Positions 1-10,757 of a DNA stretch of 64,000 bases are shown here, piece after piece. The translations under genes and the position numbers were made by a program. The stretch's first letter is position 1, and the number at the start of each line of letters is the position of its first letter. Location of the stretch: positions 197,003-261,002 of the forward strand of contig RDOB01000004.1 of NCBI GenBank assembly GCA_011364965.1, given 5' to 3'. The notes under the pieces are model-generated. The model was not told where the DNA came from, did not search any database, and was given only the letters and a program-made list of their open reading frames with translations. This stretch comes from Candidatus Heimdallarchaeota archaeon (GTDB lineage: Archaea > Asgardarchaeota > Heimdallarchaeia > Hodarchaeales > Hodarchaeaceae).

Positions 1-7
1 GCAACTT

Positions 8-634
8 ATGGATCCTGTAGTTACCAATATTTCAAAAGAAAGAAAAGATCCATTTCGAATCTTAATTGCAACCATTCTTAGTCTCAGAACTAAGGATGAA
101 GCGACCTATAAGGCGAGTATAGAGCTTTTTGAACATGCTGATACTCCTCAGAAGATATTGGCGCTTCCTCAAAAGAAACTAGAAGAGATTATCTATCCAG
201 TTGGATTTTATAAGAGAAAAAGTGAGACAATTAGAAACATTTGTCAGCGATTGATAGATGAGTTTGATGGAATAGTACCTGATTCCCTCAATGAATTATT
301 AAGCTTTAAAGGAGTCGGAAGAAAAACAGCAAACCTTGTTATAACGATGGGGTATGGTAAACCTGGAATTTGTGTTGATGTACATGTAATGAGAATTACA
401 CAAAGAATCGGAATTGTCCCAATAAAGGGTATAAAGGATAACAAAGCTGTATTCCGAGATGCTGATAACGTAGAAATGATATTAAGAGAAATTTTACCTA
501 AAAAATGGTGGATTCCTATTAATGACATTCTTGTACGCTGGGGTCAAAACATTTGCTCTCCTATTAGTCCCAAATGTAGTCAGTGTGTGATTAATGATTC
601 ATGTAATCAGGTGAGCGTTGTTAAACACCGCTAA
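8..634 (+). CDS. nth: Endonuclease III (HhH-GPD DNA glycosylase/AP lyase with 4Fe-4S motif)
   Basis: HhH motif LLSFKGVGRKTANLV, VDVHV motif, C-terminal C-X6-C-X2-C-X5-C (CSPISPKCSQCVINDSC); the true start may lie upstream of the window edge. Confidence 0.93.
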   Translation: MDPVVTNISKERKDPFRILIATILSLRTKDEATYKASIELFEHADTPQKILALPQKKLEEIIYPVGFYKRKSETIRNICQRLIDEFDGIVPDSLNELLSFKGVGRKTANLVITMGYGKPGICVDVHVMRITQRIGIVPIKGIKDNKAVFRDADNVEMILREILPKKWWIPINDILVRWGQNICSPISPKCSQCVINDSCNQVSVVKHR

Positions 635-659
635 ATCATATATTACGAAATAAATTTTA

Positions 660-1808
660 TTAATATTGCATTTTGGATTGTCTTATGGTCTTAAAGGAGC
701 CTGATACATATTTTTCTGTTTCTTGTCCCCCTCGGAAGGTGTTGGTATTGAATCCACAAGTTTTCGCTAGCGAATATGAAATAAATTCCACAGGGATTGT
801 AAACACTAATGGCGAGAGCACCTGAGTTGAAGGGAGAGGGAGGGGTATTGAGTTTGTGATTTCCTCTTTAGATAATTCTTCATTCATCAGGATAAGAGTT
901 TTTGTTTCAATTAACTCTCTTAGAACTGGTTCGATTTCTAAACTTCGAGATAAAGATACTGAATCAGGAGCAATGAATATTACAGAGGATTTCTTATTTG
1001 TAATAAAGTACTTTGTGTGACAGTATTCTTCTATATCCGCATAATATCCATCTATAGTAAATTCGAACATTTTATAGGCTCCAAATAAACTAGTAGGCCT
1101 ATTTGCACCTGAGGACACAAATATAACGCGATCAGCAGCCTTTACCATTTCTTTTCCTGCATTAAGAAAATTTTCTTTTTGTGCTATAACTTTAGGAATG
1201 ATTTCAAAGGCTTTTGTAATATCTTCCATCAGTACGTCAGTATTAGGGGAAATGTGAGCCATAAGAATGCTTAAAGCAGCAATATTGCCTAAATATGTTT
1301 TCGTTTGAGCAACATCATGATGATAACCGGTATAGTTTTTTGCATCTTCAGTTTCATATGAGGAAATTTGCAGGGCTTCAATAGGAGAAGTTGAGAGAAA
1401 AACTGCTTTATCTGATTCTTGTGCAACTTTTCCCTTTGGATTATCAGTAAAGCTAATTGTTTTTAGTCCCTGCTTTTTGGCATACCGAAGAGCCTCCAGA
1501 ACACGCAAAGTTCCCCCAGATACTGAAATTCCAAGGAGTGCAGCGTTTTTTTGATTGGATTGGGTATAATTTACATATTCAAATGGAGCATAATGAGAAA
1601 TTTGAAGTTTGGGACATACTTCGTTTCCTAGAATTGAACCATACCAAGCTGCACAATAGCTGTCACCTGAACCTGTCAGAATTAAGTGTTCTATATCTTC
1701 TTCTTGTAAGAAATTAGCTAATGCTTCAATTTGAGGGTTCGCTAAAATCCTTCTCAGCACATCTGGCTGTTCTAGCATCTCTGACATCATATAGTCGTCT
1801 AAAGTCAC
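660..1808 (-). CDS. Double-SIS-domain protein (GlmS isomerase-like / sugar-phosphate deaminase family, no glutaminase domain)
   Basis: MMSEMLEQP, LTGSGDSY, ISVSGGT, AQTKTY, EEYCH motifs typical of SIS-SIS proteins. Confidence 0.85.
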   Translation of the reverse strand: MTLDDYMMSEMLEQPDVLRRILANPQIEALANFLQEEDIEHLILTGSGDSYCAAWYGSILGNEVCPKLQISHYAPFEYVNYTQSNQKNAALLGISVSGGTLRVLEALRYAKKQGLKTISFTDNPKGKVAQESDKAVFLSTSPIEALQISSYETEDAKNYTGYHHDVAQTKTYLGNIAALSILMAHISPNTDVLMEDITKAFEIIPKVIAQKENFLNAGKEMVKAADRVIFVSSGANRPTSLFGAYKMFEFTIDGYYADIEEYCHTKYFITNKKSSVIFIAPDSVSLSRSLEIEPVLRELIETKTLILMNEELSKEEITNSIPLPLPSTQVLSPLVFTIPVEFISYSLAKTCGFNTNTFRGGQETEKYVSGSFKTIRQSKMQY

Positions 1809-1876
1809 ATAAATCGCCTTTTTGATGAATCTAACTGCCCTAATTGTGGTATTCGATATCTTTAAGCAAATTTGTA

Positions 1877-1901
1877 GTCGTCAAATCTTTGTTGTCGATA
1901 A
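1877..1901. repeat. Imperfect palindromic repeat, copy 1 (GTCGTCAAATctttGTTGTCGATAA)
   Basis: Aligns with 4300-4320 GTCGTCAAATGTTGACGACAA in the same orientation. Confidence 0.45.
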
Positions 1902-2284
1902 CCTAAGCTGTACATTTTTTTCAAAAAATTTTATGTAATAGAGGATTTATGAGTAGCGCTGGTCTTATGTCTGCTGGTCACTTTTTTCTCTCCTCTACTG
2001 TTCTTCCAATACTGTTTATCCTCTCCACTGATGTGTAATAGTTTTTTTAAATTACTCTTCCTTATAGTTCTGAATAGAGTAGTTCGGGATTGTGGCCAAC
2101 TCAAATTTTCCAAAGAGTATTATCTTGGAGTTTATTAAATGAAGCAAGTTCCAACAAGGATTAAATGCCATTGAAGAATATTTACCGAAGGTTAACCAAT
2201 CTCAATGCGATTTGAACATGGGATACATCCACAAAAGCCACTAGAATAGAACTAACTATAGTATCACACAATGGTGATCAAATA

Positions 2285-3766
2285 ATGAAAATCTCATTTG
2301 TCGATGGAACAAGAGGAATGTTTAACAAAATAGTTGTGGTGATTCCTGAGACCGATCGCGATATAATCGAAAGAAAAATCCAGAGTTTCGTGCCCCCTAC
2401 GTGGATTCATTCGATCGGTTTTCAAATTGTGAATGTTACCTATCTATTTGATCCAGAAGGATACGGGACAAATCAAGCGGAACTCTTTAACGAGAGAATT
2501 AATGACATCTATTATTATCGTTTTATTGGTGGATTAGTTAGTTTTGATTATCAGAAGCTTGAAAGAGACTATGGTACTGGTTCGATCTATCCATTAGGTG
2601 AAAATGAACTTCCCTATAATTTTGGTACCTATTTCAACTGGATTTCTCAAGATTGGGCTTTTATGTTAATGGATGGAAAATTCGTTTTATATAGTACAAG
2701 CATACCAATCGAAAAAAGATTGATCACTAGACAACAATTGGAAGAAGGATTAATTAAACAAATTCAAGCTATAAAACCAGTATTTGGAGGAGATCCTTAT
2801 CCCTTATCTTATGATATTAGAGTGACTTTCAAGCATATAGAACGTTACGATGAAGAGAATTACTTCTTATCTCATACTGCCTACACGGATATCCGTCCGA
2901 TTGTTAATCAATATGAAAGGTGTTTTTTTCCAGATCCTACACGTGGGGAAGAATTCCCTCCTCCTATAAAAAAATGGGAAATAGGACTTACACAAAATGA
3001 GAAAAAGCGTTTTTTACGAAGATCGATACAGAGGATCCCAACCAAAGATAAAGAATTAAGTATTTTACCACCATTCAAGTTTAAAGAATTAGAAAAATTT
3101 TTAGAGAAGGAGTCGACTTTATTTCGGAAAATTCATGATGAATTCCTTAATTCAGGTGGGAATCTCTCATTGGATATAACAGAATTTTCAGAGCATTTTG
3201 GGAGTGAAAAAAAGCTCACTGATTCAATAGTGGAGAAATTGTGTAACACTGGTTTTTATGAACTCTCTGGCAGTCCTGATACCATTTCGAGTCAAGAAAA
3301 AAAACGAGTCCAAGTTCATTCAAGATTTCGGGCCAATTTTTGGCTTTTTTCAGTTCTCACAGAGATAGAAGCCAAGGCACTTCTCGAACTGGGGGCTTTA
3401 CTGAAAACCCCATTCAATAAAAGTATTAGAAATCTAGAGATTTCTGATCTGCATCTTAGAAGATTAACTATTCAATCTGAACCGATAACGTCTCTCCCTG
3501 AGTCAATTGGGGATTTCGAGTATCTCGAGCGATTGAAAATTCAAAGCTGTTTGCTTAAGACCATTCCAGACACCATCGGAAACCTGAAAAATCTCACTTT
3601 GCTTGATCTTGATTACAATGAATTAACCTCCCTTCCTGAGACCCTTGGAAACCTAGAGAACCTTCAAGAATTATGGGTCCGTCAAAATATGCTAAAATCT
3701 CTACCTGCGTCCCTGAATAATTTAAAAAAGCTCCAAACGCTCTCTACGGATTTTAATCTCTTCTAG
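2285..3766 (+). CDS. Protein with unknown N-terminal domain and C-terminal leucine-rich repeats
   Basis: Repeats LPESIGDFEYLERLKI, IPDTIGNLKNLTLLDLDYNELTSLPETLGNLENLQELWVRQNMLKSLP. Confidence 0.85.
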   Translation: MKISFVDGTRGMFNKIVVVIPETDRDIIERKIQSFVPPTWIHSIGFQIVNVTYLFDPEGYGTNQAELFNERINDIYYYRFIGGLVSFDYQKLERDYGTGSIYPLGENELPYNFGTYFNWISQDWAFMLMDGKFVLYSTSIPIEKRLITRQQLEEGLIKQIQAIKPVFGGDPYPLSYDIRVTFKHIERYDEENYFLSHTAYTDIRPIVNQYERCFFPDPTRGEEFPPPIKKWEIGLTQNEKKRFLRRSIQRIPTKDKELSILPPFKFKELEKFLEKESTLFRKIHDEFLNSGGNLSLDITEFSEHFGSEKKLTDSIVEKLCNTGFYELSGSPDTISSQEKKRVQVHSRFRANFWLFSVLTEIEAKALLELGALLKTPFNKSIRNLEISDLHLRRLTIQSEPITSLPESIGDFEYLERLKIQSCLLKTIPDTIGNLKNLTLLDLDYNELTSLPETLGNLENLQELWVRQNMLKSLPASLNNLKKLQTLSTDFNLF

Positions 3767-3916
3767 AACCATCGTATTCGTGAATTAAGTTTAAGAGAGA
3801 TCTAGTGTGTGATGTTCAGATAGCTCTCACTAATCGCACAAGGGCTAACCGTGTGGAAATTAGCGTGTCCTCTCGTTAGATAGCTTTAAGGAGTTGTGAA
3901 AAATGTGTTGACTTGA

Positions 3917-4198
3917 GTTACTGAATATACAAAAAAAACAGGATGGGATGAATCCGATCCAAAATTTTATTTTATTGCTAAAAAAATAAGCGAAGAAATA
4001 ATGGTTTCCATTAGAAATCAAATGTTGATTGAGGAACAATCTTTCTCTCAAATAATAAACAAGAAGTTAAAGATCTCAATAGAAAATATCAATATCAGTC
4101 ATCGTACACATCTAAAAATATATCGGATTTTTCGTAATCTTTTACAATATTCTCCAGTTGAATTAAAACAGTGGATAGATTCTAACCTGCAAAACTAG
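3917..4198 (+). pseudogene. Probable 5'-truncated gene fragment
   Basis: Frame is open from about 3917 (VTEYTKKTGWDESDPKFYF...) through the 65-aa ORF at 4001, with no proper start. Confidence 0.3.
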
Positions 4199-4299
4199 GT
4201 TATTTTTTGTCACAATAGATTACTTGAATAAAATTTTAACACCTTTTTACTACTTTAATTCTTATTTCCCTCCTTTTTCAAAATTACCTATTTGATTAC

Positions 4300-4320
4300 G
4301 TCGTCAAATGTTGACGACAA
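4300..4320. repeat. Palindromic repeat, copy 2 (GTCGTCAA-ATG-TTGACGAC)
   Basis: Perfect 8-bp arms with 3-nt loop just downstream of the hel308 stop; matches 1877-1901. Confidence 0.5.
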
Positions 4321-4339
4321 AATACAGATTTTTACTCCA

Positions 4340-7300
4340 TTAATATAACAGATCTGTAAATTCTCTAGGCAAGGATACTGGACTCTTTTTAATTTCTTTG
4401 GCTTCAAGGAGAATATTTCTTGCCAATTCTTCTCCAAATCCAGGTATTTTTTGTAAGTCACTTTCTTTTAGAGACACAAGATTAGAAATATCACGAATGC
4501 CATACTTAAGTAAAATACGCGCTCTTTTTCTTCCAATACCTCTTATATGAGTTAAACTGATCGCATCGGATTTAATTCCATATTCAACTCTCTCACTTAA
4601 GACCGAGGCTGTTTTGGAATACAATTTAAATTTATTATTTGTCCTTGATTGAAGTTCGGAAATCTCTGACATAGCAGAAATAAGCCAAGTTGCTGTTTCT
4701 ACTATTCGTCGAATATCACCTGAACCAATTTTATATCTAGTAACAATTTTTTCTAACGGAAGTTCTTTGATCCAATCCCAGAGGAATAGAACGGTCCGGA
4801 AATCACGTAATCGAAACTCATATTCTATATCTAAATTATTAGGAACATCCCGAATCAGTTTTTTCGACAGTTTTTGGAATCGTTTCTCCGTATTTGTCCA
4901 ATCACTCTTTCTAAAGTTAATTGAAACCATATCTGGAGTTCCAGCAATCAAATCTAATAATCCAACAGGATAGATTTTGGGTTTCGAAAGGGAGACCCCC
5001 TTTTCTAGTCCCTCTAAAATTGCTGCTGCTGTCTCTGGATCTAAATACAGCTGACTTACCCGTTTACCATAGCTTGTTGCAATTAATCTTTCATTTGCAT
5101 CTAGTGGGTGGATCATACCCCAACCAATAAATAGATCGAGAACCTCTCGTATTTTGTTTTCTAAGAAAATTGCTTCGAATTGGTACCCATAAAATGTCTT
5201 ATCAAAGAATTCAAGTAATTCATATACTGTAGAGACTACCTCGGAAGAAATCAAACCAAGGATGCATCGTCTCAACGCAGGTTTTGCAGCTAGCTTGGAA
5301 TACACAGCTTCAGGTTCATTATTAATATAACGCTCCATTAGCCAGCTAACAGCGTTTTGTTGTTTCGCTAAAAGAATAGATTCTCCTTGTTTGTCAAATT
5401 GTGGTCTTCCTGCTCTTCCCACCATCTGTTTGTACTCTAAAGTCTTTATCGGATGGGATCCCTCTTCCACAGAGTACCGATAAACACTAGGAATGACTAC
5501 GCGTTTTGCGGGGAGGTTAACTCCTGCAGAATTATGAACTATGATGCCATTAGCAACGAACATATGGTCATTAGCAGGATCATCAGGAAGAACTAAATCA
5601 TAAACAGTCGTTAATTGGTTCAGTGGTTTTATAAATCTTATATTATCCCAAAAGATATCCCCATCAAAATCACTATCTCTCCATCCCTTTTTCACATTGT
5701 AATATAATTTTTTCCTACATATGGGACACTCTATTAATGAAAAAACATCATCATATGTCTTATTACCATTTTTTATGAGCTCTTCATAAATCCATAGACC
5801 AATGGAGTTTAAACTCCAAAACCATTCATTCTTGCTAATCTTCCCTATTTTTCTTTTTTTGATCAACTCATAATGATGATTCAGTCTTCTCTCATCTTTC
5901 TTCGGTTCAAACTGGAGGAGCTCTTTAATTTTTCTTGAACCTAACTCACCTCTCTCTCCGAGAAGTGTAATAACTGCTAATTTTTTTTGACCCCAATCTT
6001 TTTGTGATTCCGTACGGCCAGTAAACAAATCCTTATAGAGTTTAAACTGGCAATTTGAACATGAAAGATAGTAAATATTAGATTTAATTTGAGTAACTAA
6101 GCTTGTTAACCCTGTTTGTTTTCTTTCTAAATTAAACCCAATCGATTCATAAAAACGTAAAATGGATTTTTTCTGAGAGATTAGTAATTCATAATAGCTT
6201 TTAGTTTTATATATCTTATGATTAAACTCAATCACAGATTTCTTTCGTTTACGTAGTCTACATACAATTCCAAAAACTAAAAGTAACTTTTGAGTTTGCT
6301 TAACTAATCTTTTAGATGTATTTGAAAATCCTATTACTCTATCCTGATTGATATAACCATCAGAATCGAATAACCCTTTTAAGAGACATGAAATATTCTT
6401 GCTTTCCATCTCCAGTAATTCTTTAGAGATAAATTTGCGATCCCCCTTTTCGACCCCGCACCGAACTAATAATTCCCTAAACCACTTATTTTTACCTAGA
6501 ATTAACTCTGAGATCCCATATACATTTTTCCTTTTTCTGGTTGCAATATTTAATATTCTGCATATTTTTTCACATTGTACTAAGATCTCCTCATCATTAT
6601 TTACAATAGAGGGAGAACCTTTGTAAGTGAGACTTGAATCAATCTTGGTTTCTCCTCCTGAATACCCATCACCTAGCATAAGGCCAATAAAATATGAAAG
6701 ATCACCGTTAATTTTCAGATTCTTAATAGGTAGCTCATTTTCTCTAATAAAATCCTTTAAAAAGCATTGTTTTTCTCGTCTATTTTTTATTATCCCAATA
6801 GTAGCAATTTTGTCCTGTTTGTTTATTGTATAAGCAGGTAAAACGAGTTTCTCTTGCCCTCTTTTTATCAATATTCTATGGTTTGAAGTTACCGTAATTT
6901 TGTAACCAGATACTGTAGAAAATTCAATTAAATGATTTGTATTGCCATTGTTAATGATTTCTTGAAGTTTAAGAGGATTTAACTTATTTCCTGTCAACAC
7001 ATAAACTGTTTGATTCAAAGAAAGGTCTTCAACGGAAGTTTCAGACAAACCATGCCATATTTTCGTGTTTTTTGCAACACAAAGCGTAGGGGTAGCACAT
7101 AGAACTTTTATTGCCCCTTTTTTAAATGCAAGCTCTACCAATTCCCTTTGTTCAGAATTTAAACCCGCGTGATGGAAAGTAACACCGTTCTTGATCGTTT
7201 CTGATAATTTTCTAGTGAGGGGATCTGTTAGATTAGTGGAAATCGATTTTGAAAGTTCATTTAGATATTGCTGATCTTGCGATTCTAATCTTGGTTTTAC

Positions 7301-8110
7301 CCCTTTCCCAATTTTTTCCGCTGTAGATACCGCAAGTCGTCGAGAGGGAGTAAAGATCAACGTCTGTTCATCAGAATATACCGAATCTAGCGCAATATTC
7401 ACAAGGGGATCATTATGGTGATATTGAACTGGCAGAGTGGAAAAATCATCAAAAATAATCTCATTTTTGAAATATACTCCCTCTTTGAGGGGAACTGGTC
7501 GCCATTCACTTTTTACTAGCTCTGCTCCCAACCAATCTGCTATTTCTATTGCATTCCCAATTGTTGCACTTAATGCAACAATTTGTGCTTTGGAATTCTC
7601 TATTAATAATCGTGCTAACAATGTTTCCAGTGTTGGCCCACGATGCTGATCATTTAACAAATGACATTCATCGATGATCACTAAGGTCACAGATTCTGCA
7701 ATCCAGCTCGCTTGATGTCTAAGAAGAGCATCCATTTTTTCATTGGTTGAAACTATAATGTCAAAGCGAGGTAGATATTCATCTGTTGAATCAAAGTCAC
7801 CAGAAGTAATTGTTGTTCGAACTCCAAGCTGTTTGAAGCGTTGAAATTCTTTATACTTTTCACTGGCTAATGCACGTAACGGGCAAAGATAAATTACTTT
7901 TCCATCATTCTCAGTAATGTGTTTTAACGCGGATAATTCTGCTAAAAGAGTTTTCCCTGCAGCAGTAGGGATAGAAATTACTAAATTTTTACCAGCTAAT
8001 AACCCTTTCTCTATTGCTTGTTCTTGAGGAGGATAGAGTTCAATTATTTTGTCATTCTCTATAATTAACCTTTTAACTTCATTTTTAAGCGGTAAAGACT
8101 GGATTAACAT
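4340..8110 (-). CDS. hel308: Hel308/Ski2-like SF2 DNA helicase, interrupted by an intein
   Basis: Q motif LYPPQ, Walker A PTAAGKT, DECH, FHHAGL, ATPTL|SAGVNLPA, QMVGRAGRP, C-terminal HhH (IRGIGRKRA, IPGFG). Confidence 0.95.
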   Translation of the reverse strand: MLIQSLPLKNEVKRLIIENDKIIELYPPQEQAIEKGLLAGKNLVISIPTAAGKTLLAELSALKHITENDGKVIYLCPLRALASEKYKEFQRFKQLGVRTTITSGDFDSTDEYLPRFDIIVSTNEKMDALLRHQASWIAESVTLVIIDECHLLNDQHRGPTLETLLARLLIENSKAQIVALSATIGNAIEIADWLGAELVKSEWRPVPLKEGVYFKNEIIFDDFSTLPVQYHHNDPLVNIALDSVYSDEQTLIFTPSRRLAVSTAEKIGKGVKPRLESQDQQYLNELSKSISTNLTDPLTRKLSETIKNGVTFHHAGLNSEQRELVELAFKKGAIKVLCATPTLCVAKNTKIWHGLSETSVEDLSLNQTVYVLTGNKLNPLKLQEIINNGNTNHLIEFSTVSGYKITVTSNHRILIKRGQEKLVLPAYTINKQDKIATIGIIKNRREKQCFLKDFIRENELPIKNLKINGDLSYFIGLMLGDGYSGGETKIDSSLTYKGSPSIVNNDEEILVQCEKICRILNIATRKRKNVYGISELILGKNKWFRELLVRCGVEKGDRKFISKELLEMESKNISCLLKGLFDSDGYINQDRVIGFSNTSKRLVKQTQKLLLVFGIVCRLRKRKKSVIEFNHKIYKTKSYYELLISQKKSILRFYESIGFNLERKQTGLTSLVTQIKSNIYYLSCSNCQFKLYKDLFTGRTESQKDWGQKKLAVITLLGERGELGSRKIKELLQFEPKKDERRLNHHYELIKKRKIGKISKNEWFWSLNSIGLWIYEELIKNGNKTYDDVFSLIECPICRKKLYYNVKKGWRDSDFDGDIFWDNIRFIKPLNQLTTVYDLVLPDDPANDHMFVANGIIVHNSAGVNLPAKRVVIPSVYRYSVEEGSHPIKTLEYKQMVGRAGRPQFDKQGESILLAKQQNAVSWLMERYINNEPEAVYSKLAAKPALRRCILGLISSEVVSTVYELLEFFDKTFYGYQFEAIFLENKIREVLDLFIGWGMIHPLDANERLIATSYGKRVSQLYLDPETAAAILEGLEKGVSLSKPKIYPVGLLDLIAGTPDMVSINFRKSDWTNTEKRFQKLSKKLIRDVPNNLDIEYEFRLRDFRTVLFLWDWIKELPLEKIVTRYKIGSGDIRRIVETATWLISAMSEISELQSRTNNKFKLYSKTASVLSERVEYGIKSDAISLTHIRGIGRKRARILLKYGIRDISNLVSLKESDLQKIPGFGEELARNILLEAKEIKKSPVSLPREFTDLLY
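5531..7081 (-). mobile_element. Intein (517 aa) with LAGLIDADG homing endonuclease in hel308 motif V
   Basis: Starts CVAKNT after ATPTL and ends FVANGIIVHN before Ser; block B VTSNHRIL; LAGLIDADG blocks FIGLMLGDG and LLKGLFDSDG; block F VYDL. Confidence 0.95.
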
Positions 8111-8128
8111 TTCAGAATGCTCTGTTTC

Positions 8129-10189
8129 TCATGGACGTTTAACGTGGCCAGTTGTGGGTTCAAATAATACTCCTCGCCGGGTCATTTCATCAATAGCCTT
8201 CACGACTTGAGCTTTATCAAGTCCCTCTTCGACTGCTTTATCAACAATATCCTTGATTGCAACAGGTTCATCATCAGCTTGTTCCAGAATTCTATCAATT
8301 ACCGCGTCTATCTGGTCTAATTTTCGTCTGGACCGTGCACTTATTCCAGAGGAAACCATATCGATATCTAATTTTCCAGTTTCCGTATCTTTAGCCAATT
8401 TCTCCAATGTTGCATTCATCAAGTTGACAGCACCAGATGCATCTTCGAATGTTACCTCATCACTCAAACGCATTTTTGCACGTGCCTCAGATAGACGAAC
8501 TAATGACTCAAGCTGGCGGGGGGTTATTGCGATTGGATCAGGCCCTTTCTCATCAACCTTCCCACTAACCTGCCGCAATTCTTTGTAGTATTCTAGTAAA
8601 CGATCCCTAGCTTCGTCTGATAGGCGAGGATGAACCTCGCGTCGAGCGTAAGCTATGTATTTGCGTAATAATTCCTGTTCAATTGGAGGTTCTACTGGCA
8701 ATGTTTGAGATTGATGGATATTCAGGATATGTGAAGCCTTCTCGTGGTCTTCTTGAGGGTGAGGTTTATCTTCAAGAACAAATAATAAATCAAACCTTGA
8801 AAGTAATGTTGGTGGAAGATTAAGGTTATCTGCAGGATCCTTATAAGGGTTCCACCTTCCCCGTCTTGGATTTGCTGCAGCAAGGATTGAAGTTCGGGCA
8901 TTCAATGTTGCTACGATACCAGCTTTAGCTATTGAAATCGTGTGTTGTTCCATCGCTTCATGGATCGCTACTCGGTCATCTGCCCGCATTTTATCAAATT
9001 CATCGACCATGGCAATACCCTGATCTGCTAACACAAGAGCACCTGCTTCTAGAGTTATCTCTCCAGTATCTTGATCGCGAATGACAGCTGCGGTTAATCC
9101 AGCAGCTGTAGAGCCTTTACCTGTCGTGTAGATCGCCCGTGGTGCCAATCTCTGCACAAATTTCAAGATCTGACTTTTTCCCACCCCAGGATCTCCGATC
9201 AACAGGATATTAGATTCCCCCCGCAGTTTCATTCCATCTGGTGTCTCTTTTGCTGTTCCTCCAAAGAGTAAGGTAGCAATTGCTTCTTTCACTAAATCGT
9301 GGCCGTAAATTGAGGGAGCTAATGACTCGCGGATCTTCTGGATGATCAGGGGGGATTTTGATAAATCGATGATCTTCTGTTCATCTTCTTCGGAAATTTC
9401 AATATCTATATATTCTGCTTTTTCTTTATCAATAGAATTACCTTGGAAAAATTTATTATAGGTTGCTAATGTCCCTCTTTTTAATAACCGGGTTGCTCTA
9501 GCTTTTAAGGTTCCGACAATTTCAATTCTGTCTCCCGGTCGAGCTCGATCAACAAGATCATCTAAAATATGAATCATGATACTCTGGGGTAATTGGCCTG
9601 GTGGCAGTTCTTCTGGTTTTTCCTGTATCGTGATTTTTTGCCAATCAATAAATGTGCATTTCTCCAACTGAACGAGTAGTGATCCTTTTCTCTGACACTG
9701 CTCATTTCTACATTGATATGGGGGTGAATATATTCCCTCTGGAAAGTCCACCATTTGGTTCCCCTCTCCACACACCGCACACTTGAATACTCCCCTAATC
9801 ATTAAGGGTTTAGCTTCAGTAACACCTATAACTATGCCTTCAAAGCATGCGAGAAGCCCTAGATGTTCGGTTTTTAACGCTCGTAGAAGTACTTTGTCAG
9901 TTAAATCATGAATTCGTATATGAAATAGGTTAACCTTTTCTAAATATGTAGGACTTATCTGGGAGATCATTGAACGAAGTACTTCTTCTCCGATAGTTAT
10001 GGATTCTTCAGGATTTAAGCGAATTTCCTCAGCTAAAGCAGGATCATGTCTTAAGATGTCATTATAAGAGATATGAAGACTTCTTGATCCCTGCTGTTCC
10101 ATTGACCTGATTTTATCCATATATATTAATTGTCCGTCTTCATCCTCACATTCTTCTATAAATGATTGAAATCGCCCCAATATATCCAT
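8129..10189 (-). CDS. mcm: MCM replicative helicase
   Basis: Zn finger CAVC...CRNEQC, Walker A GDPGVGKS, DEFDKM, arginine finger LLSRFD, TPRQLESLVRL; start placed at ATG 10189 to avoid overlap with gins. Confidence 0.97.
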   Translation of the reverse strand: MDILGRFQSFIEECEDEDGQLIYMDKIRSMEQQGSRSLHISYNDILRHDPALAEEIRLNPEESITIGEEVLRSMISQISPTYLEKVNLFHIRIHDLTDKVLLRALKTEHLGLLACFEGIVIGVTEAKPLMIRGVFKCAVCGEGNQMVDFPEGIYSPPYQCRNEQCQRKGSLLVQLEKCTFIDWQKITIQEKPEELPPGQLPQSIMIHILDDLVDRARPGDRIEIVGTLKARATRLLKRGTLATYNKFFQGNSIDKEKAEYIDIEISEEDEQKIIDLSKSPLIIQKIRESLAPSIYGHDLVKEAIATLLFGGTAKETPDGMKLRGESNILLIGDPGVGKSQILKFVQRLAPRAIYTTGKGSTAAGLTAAVIRDQDTGEITLEAGALVLADQGIAMVDEFDKMRADDRVAIHEAMEQHTISIAKAGIVATLNARTSILAAANPRRGRWNPYKDPADNLNLPPTLLSRFDLLFVLEDKPHPQEDHEKASHILNIHQSQTLPVEPPIEQELLRKYIAYARREVHPRLSDEARDRLLEYYKELRQVSGKVDEKGPDPIAITPRQLESLVRLSEARAKMRLSDEVTFEDASGAVNLMNATLEKLAKDTETGKLDIDMVSSGISARSRRKLDQIDAVIDRILEQADDEPVAIKDIVDKAVEEGLDKAQVVKAIDEMTRRGVLFEPTTGHVKRP

Positions 10190-10202
10190 GGTTAATCCTT
10201 TC

Positions 10203-10757
10203 TTATCTTTTAATATATACATTCTTCCAACATTGAACCCAATTCGCTATTTTTTGAAAAAGAATCCTTTCAGACGCAGTTAGATCGGTTCGCTTCTTAC
10301 TCAAGAGATTCTTATTATCTGCCATCTTAACCAATTTCGAGAGTCTTTCTTTGGTTAGCTGATAAAATTTTGCTCTTTGACGTTTTAACTCTAGTTCGCT
10401 ATAACTAGATTCGATTTGTAATTCTGAAAGTAAGTATTCTTTCGCTAAAAGGTGCAAATATGGATGGATTTGTTGCAAATCCCCGGATCGAATCTCATTC
10501 CGAACTGCATTTGTCAGACTTTGTAAAGAAAGAGGATACTCTTCTGTAAAATCTTCGATTATATCTTTTTCAGCTAGATAAATGGCGATGAAATGTGGTA
10601 TGCTAATTCTGCTACCACGAGGAGTTAAGGGGATTTTTATCCCTTCAAACGAGAATCCAGAGAATTCTTGAATGAATTTAACTGAGATTGGCTCATGTGA
10701 CATCTGAAATGCTAATCTTGTCATCTCCTCATCAAGCTCTGTTTCGTAACCATCCAT
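10203..10757 (-). CDS. GINS subunit (Gins23 / Psf2-Psf3-like, B-A domain order)
   Basis: N-terminal beta domain (ISIPHFIAIYL), ERLSKLVKMA...LTASERILF; directly upstream of mcm, the conserved gins23-mcm arrangement. Confidence 0.8.
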   Translation of the reverse strand: MDGYETELDEEMTRLAFQMSHEPISVKFIQEFSGFSFEGIKIPLTPRGSRISIPHFIAIYLAEKDIIEDFTEEYPLSLQSLTNAVRNEIRSGDLQQIHPYLHLLAKEYLLSELQIESSYSELELKRQRAKFYQLTKERLSKLVKMADNKNLLSKKRTDLTASERILFQKIANWVQCWKNVYIKR

